A stretch of 64,000 nucleotides of DNA from a virus (IMGVR_UViG_3300022602_000029:32001-96000), one strand, 5' to 3'. Counted from the first letter of the stretch, positions 48,410 to 57,992 are shown. The notes: generated by a model not told the origin, from the letters alone. Numbers and translations are program-made.

Positions 48410-49039
48410 ATGGCAATATCTAGTTTAATAAATTATTCAGTACCTTTAGCTGGAGGCGGGCAGAGCGCCGCTAACCAGGGCTTACTGATGCCAAAACTGA
48501 AATATCGTTTCAGAGTAACATTCGTTGGATTCGGTGCTAATAATAACACATTCGAGTTAACTAAACAGGTCGTGACTGCAGGTCGTCCAAGTGTTTCCTG
48601 GGAAAACGTAGAACTCAATGTATATAACAGTAAGATAAACTATGCTGGAAAATATACATGGGATGCTGTGCAGATCGTGTTAAGAGATGACGTAACCAAC
48701 GCAGTAACACAGTTAGTTGGTCAACAGATCCAGAAACAGTTTGATTTCTTTGAACAGAGTTCGGCGGCATCGGGAAGTGATTATAAATTCCAAACTAATA
48801 TCGAGATACTAGATGGTGGAAATGGAACAAATTCTCCAACTACTCTTGAACAGTTTGAACTCTATGGTTGCTACATACAAAAAGCCGCATATCAACAAGG
48901 TGATTACAAAACCAGCGATGCTATGGATATTACCTTAGATCTTAAGTTTGATAACGCACTACAATACAACGGTGATGGATCTCTAGGTGGTATTGGTACC
49001 TCAGTAGCAAGGACATTAGGTCAAGTAGCTACAAGCTAA
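48410..49039 (+). CDS. gp19: Tail tube protein (T4 gp19-like)
   Basis: LLMPKLKYRFRV...RPSV...YAGK..W...LRDD...FD; follows the sheath gene; AAGGAG SD supports ATG 48410. Confidence 0.9.
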   Translation: MAISSLINYSVPLAGGGQSAANQGLLMPKLKYRFRVTFVGFGANNNTFELTKQVVTAGRPSVSWENVELNVYNSKINYAGKYTWDAVQIVLRDDVTNAVTQLVGQQIQKQFDFFEQSSAASGSDYKFQTNIEILDGGNGTNSPTTLEQFELYGCYIQKAAYQQGDYKTSDAMDITLDLKFDNALQYNGDGSLGGIGTSVARTLGQVATS

Positions 49040-49052
49040 TAGACCTAAAAAT

Positions 49053-49076
49053 AAAGGCCCTTAGGGGCCTTTTTTT
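49053..49076 (+). terminator. Rho-independent terminator after tail tube
   Basis: AAAGGCCC-TTAG-GGGCCTTT followed by a T-run. Confidence 0.85.
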
Positions 49077-49082
49077 ATCACA

Positions 49083-49088
49083 TAAATA
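49083..49088 (+). promoter_or_regulatory. Late promoter core TAAATA, 5 nt before ATG 49094
   Basis: Directly after the terminator, no SD. Confidence 0.65.
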
Positions 49089-49093
49089 TTGCT

Positions 49094-50266
49094 ATGAGCG
49101 CTTTTACATCTTTCCTATCTACAGTATTATCTGAAGGCTGGATGCGTGATCAAGAACATGCCAGTAAGCTATACAGAGCAGATGGTGTTTATGATTTCGC
49201 ACCTAAAACAGCATGGATATACTATGTTACATTCCAAATAAACAGCAATGTTCTAGGAGCTGCCTCAGGATCAGCGCAGGTAGCAAATAAGTTTTTCATC
49301 AGCCAAAGTTGGAAAAATAGGATGTATGATGGGAATACTATCGGCCAGTTAGTTAAATCTGCTGATCTTCCTAAATTCAATATATCGACTGAGACATTGA
49401 ATCAATACAATAGGAAAACACAGGTAACTACCAAGTTAGAATATCTACCACTGAATATAACGTTCCATGATGATCAGGCCAATGCCACTAGTGATCTTTG
49501 GTTCGCCTATTATAACTATATGTTCGCTGATGGGTATTATAGTCCTGCTAACTCTCCGGGAAATCAGGGATATATAAGCCTTGTACAACAGCAATACTAT
49601 AATAGCGATAACAAATACTCAGTGGAACCTACCAGATATGGTTATGATCCTCAAAATAAATATCCCTTCTTTGATAGCATTACGATTTATCTGATGAACA
49701 AACAAAAATATTATAGTTTTACTTTGATAAATCCTATCATCAAAGAATGGAGGCATGGCGATGTTGATCAAAATCAAGGAAATAAATTCTTAGAAAATAA
49801 AATGACCTTGGCATATGAGACTATAGCCTATGATAAAGGAAATACAGGAAACATCAAACCGGCCTTTAACAAAACACATTACGATACCACTCCTAGCCCT
49901 CTAGCTATCGCGGGAGGTGGTAGCAGTAGTCTTTTTGGAGAAGGGGGAGTAGTAGCAGGAGCCACAGGAATATTCGGAGCCAACGGATCATTCTCCGCCG
50001 CATTATCTTCCAATGATCCATGGGCATTTGCCAAGGTAGCTATTCAGACTGCTAACCTAGCTAAAAATGTCTCTAATCTTAATACAGCGGCCACAGTCAA
50101 TGAACTAACTAACCAGGGATTGGCTCAGCTGAATAGTATAGCGACCAGCGCCAAATCAGGTAGTTCGGTCATACCTCCTGGATTTAGTTTTCCAGGAGTG
50201 GGATTTAACGGCGGCGCCCCTACCACTACAGCCCAGCCTTCTAATATAACTTATAATAAAGTATGA
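49094..50266 (+). CDS. Tail-tube-fold protein (tube initiator/baseplate hub, gp19/gp54-like)
   Basis: VKSADLPKF...LNQYNRK...YLPLNITFHDD...W..YY...LINPII..W.HG. Confidence 0.65.
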   Translation: MSAFTSFLSTVLSEGWMRDQEHASKLYRADGVYDFAPKTAWIYYVTFQINSNVLGAASGSAQVANKFFISQSWKNRMYDGNTIGQLVKSADLPKFNISTETLNQYNRKTQVTTKLEYLPLNITFHDDQANATSDLWFAYYNYMFADGYYSPANSPGNQGYISLVQQQYYNSDNKYSVEPTRYGYDPQNKYPFFDSITIYLMNKQKYYSFTLINPIIKEWRHGDVDQNQGNKFLENKMTLAYETIAYDKGNTGNIKPAFNKTHYDTTPSPLAIAGGGSSSLFGEGGVVAGATGIFGANGSFSAALSSNDPWAFAKVAIQTANLAKNVSNLNTAATVNELTNQGLAQLNSIATSAKSGSSVIPPGFSFPGVGFNGGAPTTTAQPSNITYNKV

Positions 50267-50640
50267 CCTTATACAATAACATTCCCCAATCTACATCAGG
50301 CGGATCTAGTTCAGATGCCACTGTGCAATATTTCAGTACTTTCTATCAGAAGCCTATTAGTCTTAGTGATCAAGACCTGGCGGCAGTGACCGGTTTCTTC
50401 CAAGGAGCTGGATTTAGTTTAGAGAATGCTAGATCTATAGCTACTATAATACTCAGCCAGGCCAAACTAACCAACTCAGATGCTTATACTATTATAGATA
50501 CCTTGAGAAAGTTAAATGGCCTACAGTTAAGCACCATAGTGGCAGAAATATTGAACACTAACAGATTTAAAACTAGCAGCCTAGGTACATCAAATCTTTC
50601 GACTACTGCTGATGAAGTATCGAGAAACATAATAGCATGA
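50263..50640 (+). CDS. Hypothetical virion/baseplate protein
   Basis: ATGA-coupled on both sides within the late operon. Confidence 0.55.
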   Translation: MTLYNNIPQSTSGGSSSDATVQYFSTFYQKPISLSDQDLAAVTGFFQGAGFSLENARSIATIILSQAKLTNSDAYTIIDTLRKLNGLQLSTIVAEILNTNRFKTSSLGTSNLSTTADEVSRNIIA

Positions 50641-51077
50641 GTCTAAGATTTAATCAGGGATTTTTTAGCATCAAGAATCCAGAAAAATACATAGGATTAG
50701 GGACACCTCGTTTCCGTAGTAGTTGGGAGCTGTCGGTTATGAAGATGTGCGATGAGAACGAAGCGATACATCAATGGGCCAGCGAAAGTATAAAAATACC
50801 CTACAAAGATCCTCTAAGCGGTAAACCTACTGTTTATGTACCTGACTTCTTGGTCATATTCCAAGATAATAAAAAACAAAAACGTGCCGAAGTATGGGAG
50901 ATAAAACCTGCCAATCAAACCCTGAAAGAAAAGGTAGGCAAAAATATCTACAATCAGGCGCAGTACATACGTAACATGGTTAAATGGGCGGCAGCCAAGG
51001 CCTACTGTAGCCAGAACGGAATGAAGTTCCGTATTATAACAGAACATGATTTATACCATACCGGTAAAAAGATGTGA
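50637..51077 (+). CDS. gp4: Head completion nuclease (T4 gp4-like, TnsA-N fold)
   Basis: KNPEKYIG...FRSSWE..VM..CD...WASE.I.IPY...YVPDF...EIKP...KW.AA...C...G..F..ITE. Confidence 0.85.
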   Translation: MSLRFNQGFFSIKNPEKYIGLGTPRFRSSWELSVMKMCDENEAIHQWASESIKIPYKDPLSGKPTVYVPDFLVIFQDNKKQKRAEVWEIKPANQTLKEKVGKNIYNQAQYIRNMVKWAAAKAYCSQNGMKFRIITEHDLYHTGKKM

Positions 51078-51090
51078 TAAGTAGTAGACT

Positions 51091-51564
51091 ATGACAAAGA
51101 AGCTAGAAGAACTATTAGATATAAATCCGCTCAAGGAAGAATCTGCTCCCCTTCCGGAAACACTACCAGAAAATCCCGTAATCTCGCTAGAAGAAAAACT
51201 AGAAGAGTTTGATAAAATAGCCAGTGCCCTACCTCGTGTGAGAGGGCTAGGAGATATATCAGATCTAGAACTAGATAATCTAGCAAAGAAAGCAGAAGAA
51301 GCCTATGATGACATCATGGATCTAGGTATGCAGGTCGAGCCCAAATATAGCGCTCGTATGTTTGAAGTGGCTACAGGTATGCTTAATGCCGCTATAACAG
51401 CCAAAACAAATAAGATTGAAAAGAAGCTGAAAATGGTAGATCTACAGCTGAAAAAACTAGCTATAGATAAGAAAAGCGGCAAGGGTGACGAGATCGAAGG
51501 TGAAGGCTTCATCGTCACGGATCGTAACAGCATCCTTGAAAAACTTAAAAATCTTAATAAATAA
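51091..51564 (+). CDS. Probable terminase small subunit
   Basis: Helical; AEEAYDDIMDLG...RMFEVA..ML...AK resembles the gp16-type core; near the terminase large subunit. Confidence 0.5.
   Translation: MTKKLEELLDINPLKEESAPLPETLPENPVISLEEKLEEFDKIASALPRVRGLGDISDLELDNLAKKAEEAYDDIMDLGMQVEPKYSARMFEVATGMLNAAITAKTNKIEKKLKMVDLQLKKLAIDKKSGKGDEIEGEGFIVTDRNSILEKLKNLNK
51558..51563 (+). promoter_or_regulatory. Late promoter core TAAATA
   Basis: Overlaps the stop of 51091; 17 nt before ATG 51581. Confidence 0.5.
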
Positions 51565-51580
51565 AGCATAGGATACTGAC

Positions 51581-52192
51581 ATGACATCATTTAAACAACT
51601 ACTGTCCGAGAGCACTAAGAAATATAACTTTAGAGTTAAAATCGCCGGAGCTTTTGACAAAGACAACGAAACCAAACTGGAATCATTACTAGATAAGTTC
51701 AAGGTTTCTAGTTTTAAAAAATCAGGAACAACTCCTGTGCAGAGCTTTCCTTTAGATTTTCCTAAGTTAAGGAATGAACTAGTTTCTATCTATGAAGTTA
51801 CAGTAGATTATCCAACTACACCGTTCGAACTTACAGAATACCTAAATAACAATATCAATATTCCTAAAGAACACCTAATAGTAAAAACACCAGGTGATCC
51901 TACAGAAGCATACCAAGAGCCAGTAGAAAAAAGAACAGAGGCATTGCTCAATGATGGAGAATATAAAGAATCTCCAAATGCCAAGTTTGAAGATTACTAC
52001 GGTGACAAATACAACTCAGGATTCGTCAAAGAACTAAACGATATCTTGAAGTTGCAGAGAAGAGAGAGAGGTGAAGTCATACCCGAGTCTAAGCCAGATG
52101 ATATTATCAAGAACCCAGGTCAGACTTTAAATGATATCCCGCAAAATAACAAGTCGCTATTAAAGCAGGCTACAGATCCAAGGAAACGATAA
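51581..52192 (+). CDS. Hypothetical protein, probable head/prohead component
   Basis: MTSFKQLLSES N-terminus typical of protease-processed head proteins; late promoter and SD. Confidence 0.5.
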   Translation: MTSFKQLLSESTKKYNFRVKIAGAFDKDNETKLESLLDKFKVSSFKKSGTTPVQSFPLDFPKLRNELVSIYEVTVDYPTTPFELTEYLNNNINIPKEHLIVKTPGDPTEAYQEPVEKRTEALLNDGEYKESPNAKFEDYYGDKYNSGFVKELNDILKLQRRERGEVIPESKPDDIIKNPGQTLNDIPQNNKSLLKQATDPRKR

Positions 52193-52193
52193 T

Positions 52194-53819
52194 ATGCAAA
52201 TGATCAATGTACTACAGAGACTAGCAGAGCTAGATTCTAAAAATCCAAATGTAGCTAATCCATTAGCCGCTGGAAAGAAAGTCATGGAGGCTGATCAGAT
52301 GCCCCAACTTCCTGAACTTAAATCAGTTAATGAACTAAAAGCACTAAGTGGTTTAAAACCGGTAGCAGAATGCGGCATCATGGAACTAGGTGGCGGTGAG
52401 ATGATGAACGCACATCCCCGTCCTCCAGCAAGTTTCAGTATCAATGCCACAGCAGCCGATGGCGCTGAAGTCAGCAGTATGCTAAGTGATATTTTAAATC
52501 TCGCAGGCGTACATAAGGTAGGCGATGAGCACATGCCTGCTGTAGATGGTCCTCAAACATCTATGATACAGACAGCTCCTATGGCACACGGAATGGATGC
52601 TAAAGATGCTATGAGATCAGCGCTAGATAAAATGAATGCGCCCGGCGATGAAATGCATGATATGGATGAACCCGAAGACGGGGCCATGGACGATATGCCT
52701 ATGACAGACGAAGAAGAGATGCCTATGTCTACAGCTGGATTTGGAGATGCAGGCGGAGCCGGAGCCGCTGAACCAATGTCAGCTCAAGGGCTAGGTAGTG
52801 GCGGTACAGACAGTCCTGTTAGTTCTATGGCTGACGAAATACGCGACATGGCCGATAAGTTAAGTCAGATCGAAGACAAAGAAGACTTGCCAGGACTAGA
52901 CAAAGATCAAAAAGCAGACGAGGCCTACAACAACACTCCTGCTGATCCCACAAATGTTCCTCTAGGTAACTCCAACGATTTTTCTTATAATCCTAATATG
53001 GGAGCAGGCGCTTCACGACACGGATTAGGCACACAGCCTACCGCGATGGCCGAAGACCTAGAAGATCAACTATATTCAGAATATAAAAAGTTTGTTAGCG
53101 AAGCCAAAGCTGATTGCTGTTGCGAAGAGAAAGGCAAAAAAGCCTGTCCAGTACACGGTAAAAAAAAAGCTAACGAAGGCCTAAATCACAATCACGCAGG
53201 ACCTAAGATTGAACACGCCGATGTAGAAGCCTGCGTTAAGTGCGCAGAGACTATGGGCGTGGCTTTAGAACACGAAAACATGCAGGCACTACATGACTGC
53301 ATGGAAAGTTTCCCCAAGTTCCATAAACACATCACGAACAAGTATAACGAGTGCTGGGAAGATTTCCACACTAAATGCTGTGAACATTACCATAATAGAA
53401 ACGGCCATGAGATGATAGCTGACGAAGACCATACCGGACAAGCAGGAGTCGCAGGGCCTGGTATAATGGCAGGTGGTGGTGGCAGCTACGGCATGTATGA
53501 ATCTAAAAAGAAAAAAGGCGATGGCAATCTAGCTAACAACTATCCTCCCTATGACAAGGTAACACGCGGTGACGTTATCGCCGGTGCCAAAGGCCAAGAT
53601 CAAATGGGCGGTAAGAAAAAGACTAAAGAAGGCGATGATAAAAGTCTAAGTAAAGCTGCCAAGACAGTTAAGAAAGGTGCCCTACACAAACAAGAAGGTA
53701 TTCCACAAGACAAAAAGATTGGAACAGATAAACTGAAAAGTCTAAAGAAAAGAGGCACACCTTTAGAAAAAAAACGTGCTAACTTTGCCCTTAATATACA
53801 GGGCAAGGGTAAAAAATAA
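52194..53819 (+). CDS. Acidic low-complexity protein, probable prohead core/internal protein
   Basis: Many xxE-[ASG] sites, D/E/M-rich middle, Cys/His-rich segment and basic C-terminus. Confidence 0.5.
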   Translation: MQMINVLQRLAELDSKNPNVANPLAAGKKVMEADQMPQLPELKSVNELKALSGLKPVAECGIMELGGGEMMNAHPRPPASFSINATAADGAEVSSMLSDILNLAGVHKVGDEHMPAVDGPQTSMIQTAPMAHGMDAKDAMRSALDKMNAPGDEMHDMDEPEDGAMDDMPMTDEEEMPMSTAGFGDAGGAGAAEPMSAQGLGSGGTDSPVSSMADEIRDMADKLSQIEDKEDLPGLDKDQKADEAYNNTPADPTNVPLGNSNDFSYNPNMGAGASRHGLGTQPTAMAEDLEDQLYSEYKKFVSEAKADCCCEEKGKKACPVHGKKKANEGLNHNHAGPKIEHADVEACVKCAETMGVALEHENMQALHDCMESFPKFHKHITNKYNECWEDFHTKCCEHYHNRNGHEMIADEDHTGQAGVAGPGIMAGGGGSYGMYESKKKKGDGNLANNYPPYDKVTRGDVIAGAKGQDQMGGKKKTKEGDDKSLSKAAKTVKKGALHKQEGIPQDKKIGTDKLKSLKKRGTPLEKKRANFALNIQGKGKK

Positions 53820-53832
53820 GCAGTATGACCCA

Positions 53833-53858
53833 ATAGCCCCTTAGGGGGCTATTTTTTT
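53833..53858 (+). terminator. Rho-independent terminator before terminase
   Basis: ATAGCCCC-TTAG-GGGGCTAT followed by a T-run. Confidence 0.85.
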
Positions 53859-53861
53859 CAG

Positions 53862-53867
53862 TAAATA
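53862..53867 (+). promoter_or_regulatory. Late promoter core TAAATA, 5 nt before terminase ATG
   Basis: Directly after the terminator, no SD. Confidence 0.65.
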
Positions 53868-53872
53868 AAAAT

Positions 53873-55462
53873 ATGACAACTAATAGATTTGATGGTAACC
53901 TAGTTAAAACTGCTCACAGTAAGCAAAAATATACCGAGCAGGATATAATTGATCTAGGCGCTTGTATGGATCCTATTACTGGTCCACATCATTTCCTTGA
54001 TAACTTTTTTTACATACAACATCCTACTAAAGGACGTTTACGATACGACGCATTTGAATATCAACGTAGGTTAATAGACAGTTATCACAATCATAGATTT
54101 AATGTAAACCTATTACCTCGCCAGACTGGTAAGACTACCACAGCGGCGGGCTATCTCTTATGGTATGCCATGTTCGTGCCAGATGCTACGATACTAATCG
54201 CCGCACACAAATATACAGGGGCCCAGGAGATCATGAGTAGGATACGGTTCGCCTATGAATTATGTCCTGATCATATACGTTGCGGAGTTACCAGTTATAA
54301 CAAACAGAGTATAGAGTTTGATAATGGAAGCCGTATCATAGCACAGACGACTACAGAAACAACAGGTCGAGGTTTGTCACTATCACTACTATATGCAGAT
54401 GAGTTTGCGTTCGTTCCGCCCAATGTGGCTACAGAATTCTGGACTTCGATATCACCTACCCTAGCTACTGGTGGTAAAGCTATCATCACATCTACTCCGA
54501 ACAGTGATGAAGATCAATTCGCTACAATCTGGAAAGAAGCAAATAAGCGTCTAGATGAATTCGGTAACACACAAGAAATAGGACGCAACGGTTTCTTCCC
54601 CTTTAAAGCGCATTGGAGGGAACATCCTGATAGAGACGACAAGTGGGCAGAAGAAGAACGAAGTCGAATCGGCGAAGAACGTTTCCGCCGTGAACACGAC
54701 TGCGAATTCTTGGTATTTGATGAAACACTAGTTAACAGTATTTGCCTAGCAGAACTTGAAGGAATCGAACCGATTTTGAAAATGGGACAGGTGCGTTGGT
54801 ATAAAGAAATCGATCCAAAATCCACCTATGTAGTAGCTCATGATCCTAGTCTCGGTACTGGAGGTAACTACGCAGGTATAGAAATATTTGAACTACCTAG
54901 CATGGAACAGGTAGGAGAATGGCAACATAATCTTACGCCAATACAACAACAAGTAAAGGTACTAAGAGAAATCTGCAAATATATAGATAACAAATGTCTA
55001 GAATCAGGGAAGAATGCCACTATCTATTTTAGCATAGAAAACAACACAGTAGGAGAAGCCGCATTGGTAGCTATCAACGAGATGGGAGAAGAAAGCATAC
55101 CGGGTATGTTCCTAAGCGAGCCTGTGAAAAGAGGACATGTGCGTAGATTCCGTAGAGGATTTAACACTACTCATAACAGTAAAATATCTGCCTGTAGCAA
55201 GGCCAAACAGTTGATAGAACAGGGAAAAATCAAGATCAACAGCAAGAGTCTTATATCAGAGCTTAAGACTTTTGTGGCCGCAGGTATAACTTTCAAAGCC
55301 AAAGATCAGCAATATGATGACTTGGTTTCAGCATTATTGTTGGCAGTGAGAATGATAGTTATGCTAGGTGACTGGGATCCTATAATCTATAATAAGATGG
55401 TCGAGGATGCCAAGATGGATGACTACGAAATGCCCATGCCTATCTACGTCAGCAGTTTTTAA
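53873..55462 (+). CDS. gp17: Terminase large subunit (T4 gp17-like)
   Basis: YQRRLI, LPRQTGKTT (Walker A), GRG.SLSLLYADEFAF (Walker B), TSTPN, DPSLG nuclease motif, DDLVSA. Confidence 0.97.
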   Translation: MTTNRFDGNLVKTAHSKQKYTEQDIIDLGACMDPITGPHHFLDNFFYIQHPTKGRLRYDAFEYQRRLIDSYHNHRFNVNLLPRQTGKTTTAAGYLLWYAMFVPDATILIAAHKYTGAQEIMSRIRFAYELCPDHIRCGVTSYNKQSIEFDNGSRIIAQTTTETTGRGLSLSLLYADEFAFVPPNVATEFWTSISPTLATGGKAIITSTPNSDEDQFATIWKEANKRLDEFGNTQEIGRNGFFPFKAHWREHPDRDDKWAEEERSRIGEERFRREHDCEFLVFDETLVNSICLAELEGIEPILKMGQVRWYKEIDPKSTYVVAHDPSLGTGGNYAGIEIFELPSMEQVGEWQHNLTPIQQQVKVLREICKYIDNKCLESGKNATIYFSIENNTVGEAALVAINEMGEESIPGMFLSEPVKRGHVRRFRRGFNTTHNSKISACSKAKQLIEQGKIKINSKSLISELKTFVAAGITFKAKDQQYDDLVSALLLAVRMIVMLGDWDPIIYNKMVEDAKMDDYEMPMPIYVSSF

Positions 55463-55468
55463 TAAATA
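55463..55468 (+). promoter_or_regulatory. Late promoter core TAAATA, 5 nt before ATG 55474
   Basis: Intergenic, no SD. Confidence 0.65.
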
Positions 55469-55473
55469 TAGCT

Positions 55474-57378
55474 ATGAAAACTATCGAAATAATCAGCCAG
55501 GATTTGTTTGACAAAATCCGCAGTCGTTTTGAAAATCTCCAGATGGGGGATGAATCAGGCGAAGTCACTATGGACCCTCGCAAAGCTAGATTTTATGACT
55601 TTGATTTTACTATCGAAAGCCATAATCTAGGACGAGTCAGCATCAGTATCAATGAGTTAGGTACGCTTAAGATGTTTTATGGTAAGAGCATCTTAGAAGA
55701 TATAGATCCTATCAGCAAAGACTATTGGTACGATTTCCTAAGAGAAATGCGTAGTTTCGCTATGCGTAGATTATTGAGATTTGATACAAGAGACATAACG
55801 AAATCTAATCTAAACAAGGATGATTTCCAATATCTAGCAACCAATGGTAGCAAGGAAGAAAACATGAATGAATCACAGTTTAAGGGCGGTAGGATGACTA
55901 GCCATAGGATGTTAGAAAGAACCAAGCTAGTAATCAAACATAAAAAAGGTGTAGAAGAAGGACAACCTAGAGGAATGCCTAGCAACATCGCGGCTATCTT
56001 TATCGAGAATGAAGAAGGTGAGCGTTACAAATATCCATTCATACATACTGCCGGAGCCAAAGCTATGCAACGTCATGTAGCCAACGGCGGGCGTCCATAT
56101 GATGAATTAGGACGACACATCATAGACACCAGTAGCAAGATAGCTCAACTAAGTGCATTCCATAGACACATGGGCAGGCATGATCAACTTAATCAAGAGG
56201 TCCACGAAATAGCAGGTAAGACAGGCGCCAAACTAGAAAGCCTGCGCCAGCATATCAACTCTCTACATGGACAGAGAGGATATGAAGCTTTCGCCGAAAC
56301 ATTTGAACCCGTAGCCAATGGTTATTCTGAAGAGATAGATGATGTGACTATGGAAGATTATAAAAATAAATTTACAGTCAGCAGTTTCAGAGAAGATCTA
56401 GCACAATATTTTCCATTGATACACAGCATCATGCAGGAAGCCGGTACTATCGATCTAGAAGAATATGTCAATGAAGGAGACATCTGTGACGATTGTGAAC
56501 ATGATCCCTGTATCTGTAACAAAGACACAGTCAAAGAAAATGAGTTCGATATTTTCCGTAAATGGACCGAATCAGTAGCCGAAGGTGGTATAGAACCAGA
56601 TACGTTAGGTGAACTGGTTGAACTGTTAGGTAGCCAAGATCTAGCTCAAGTAGGAGTTGATGCCACTAGCACCATAGAAGCTCTGAAAGGTATAGGAATC
56701 GAAGATGATGAATTACAAAAAGATCTAGAAGCTATCGCTAAAAATAGTGACGGCCAAGCTAATCCTCAACATACCATATTGGCCTGGCTACAGAAGATAG
56801 ATCCCCAGGCGGCAGCAGAACTGGAACAAGGAGCACAACAACAGCCAGAGCCGGCTCCAGAAGCTCAACCTGCTCAACAACCAGATCCACAGCAGATGGC
56901 ACAGCAACAGATGCCAGTAGATCCTCAACAACAAATGCCTATGGCTGAATCTGAACAAGACGAAGACGAAATGCATGGGAAAGAACCTAAGTCTAAGGGT
57001 AAGACTGTTAGAGACTTAGCACATTGGTTAGGCGCTTTCTACAATAAAGCTTTCAAAGCTGAAGGGTTTAAAAGTCCTTGGAGGAAAGGTCCTACTGAAC
57101 TAGGAATCATGGCCGAAAAAGAATTTGGACCTCACCACGCACACCTAGTTAAAGAACTAATGGGTATGAAGGGCGGTGAAACTAAACTAGAACGTGCCGC
57201 ACGTAGAAGTCACGAGCGTAAACAAGAAATGGAAGGATCCGAAAGTGTGTTAGGACACAAGGACATAGAGCCAAAGATGGCTAGTGCCACACGCAAAGGT
57301 CAACCAGAAGCAGGGATGAAAATGTCAGAAGCAGGAGAGTTCGACGCTATCCTAAGGCTAGCAGGACTATCAAAATAA
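55474..57378 (+). CDS. Conserved hypothetical protein, probable head/internal protein
   Basis: 634 aa; CDDCEHDPCIC motif, Q/P-rich linker, xxE-[ASG] sites, C-terminal ILRLAGL. Confidence 0.5.
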   Translation: MKTIEIISQDLFDKIRSRFENLQMGDESGEVTMDPRKARFYDFDFTIESHNLGRVSISINELGTLKMFYGKSILEDIDPISKDYWYDFLREMRSFAMRRLLRFDTRDITKSNLNKDDFQYLATNGSKEENMNESQFKGGRMTSHRMLERTKLVIKHKKGVEEGQPRGMPSNIAAIFIENEEGERYKYPFIHTAGAKAMQRHVANGGRPYDELGRHIIDTSSKIAQLSAFHRHMGRHDQLNQEVHEIAGKTGAKLESLRQHINSLHGQRGYEAFAETFEPVANGYSEEIDDVTMEDYKNKFTVSSFREDLAQYFPLIHSIMQEAGTIDLEEYVNEGDICDDCEHDPCICNKDTVKENEFDIFRKWTESVAEGGIEPDTLGELVELLGSQDLAQVGVDATSTIEALKGIGIEDDELQKDLEAIAKNSDGQANPQHTILAWLQKIDPQAAAELEQGAQQQPEPAPEAQPAQQPDPQQMAQQQMPVDPQQQMPMAESEQDEDEMHGKEPKSKGKTVRDLAHWLGAFYNKAFKAEGFKSPWRKGPTELGIMAEKEFGPHHAHLVKELMGMKGGETKLERAARRSHERKQEMEGSESVLGHKDIEPKMASATRKGQPEAGMKMSEAGEFDAILRLAGLSK

Positions 57379-57398
57379 AACAACAAGGAATAGTTAAC

Positions 57399-57956
57399 AT
57401 GGATCCAAGATTTTTTAGAAAATATTCAGATTTGATCAAAGAAGCTGAACAGATGAACGAGCTTAGTCCAGATCTAATGCGCAGAGCAGCAGATGCGGCA
57501 ACCGCCAAGGCTGATAGACTAAAAGGTCCCGAAAATAAAGATGATAGACTAAAAGCCAGACGTCAGGAAGAAAAGTTTTATCAAGGGCAGGTTGATAGAT
57601 CTAATGCCAATCCAGAAGCTGGAACACAAGCAACAGCAAACGCTTATGCTGAAAAATTAAAACAAAATGGTTGGAATCAGATTACCAATCCTCGGCAAAT
57701 TCAACAGGCAGCTGCATCACTTGGGTGGGACAAATATAGTCAACCACCAGAAGGAGTAACATGGTTTACTCACTCGCAAAGCGGAGAGGCTGCATACATC
57801 GATCCTAAGAACGGTCAATTGGTTCGTTCAAGTAACACCCAGCAACGAGTGCGTCATTCGTTTGGAAATGCTAAAGGTATGCATCCAGCAGCAAGTGACT
57901 CGCAAAAATGGAATGCAAACAACCCCCCACAAAATATATTCCAACCGGGAAAATAA
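57399..57956 (+). CDS. Hypothetical protein, probable internal head protein
   Basis: SD AAGGA; N-terminus FRKYSDLIKEAEQMNELS. Confidence 0.55.
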   Translation: MDPRFFRKYSDLIKEAEQMNELSPDLMRRAADAATAKADRLKGPENKDDRLKARRQEEKFYQGQVDRSNANPEAGTQATANAYAEKLKQNGWNQITNPRQIQQAAASLGWDKYSQPPEGVTWFTHSQSGEAAYIDPKNGQLVRSSNTQQRVRHSFGNAKGMHPAASDSQKWNANNPPQNIFQPGK

Positions 57957-57992
57957 TTGGCAAAATAAAATCAAAATACAGCAGGTTAATTC

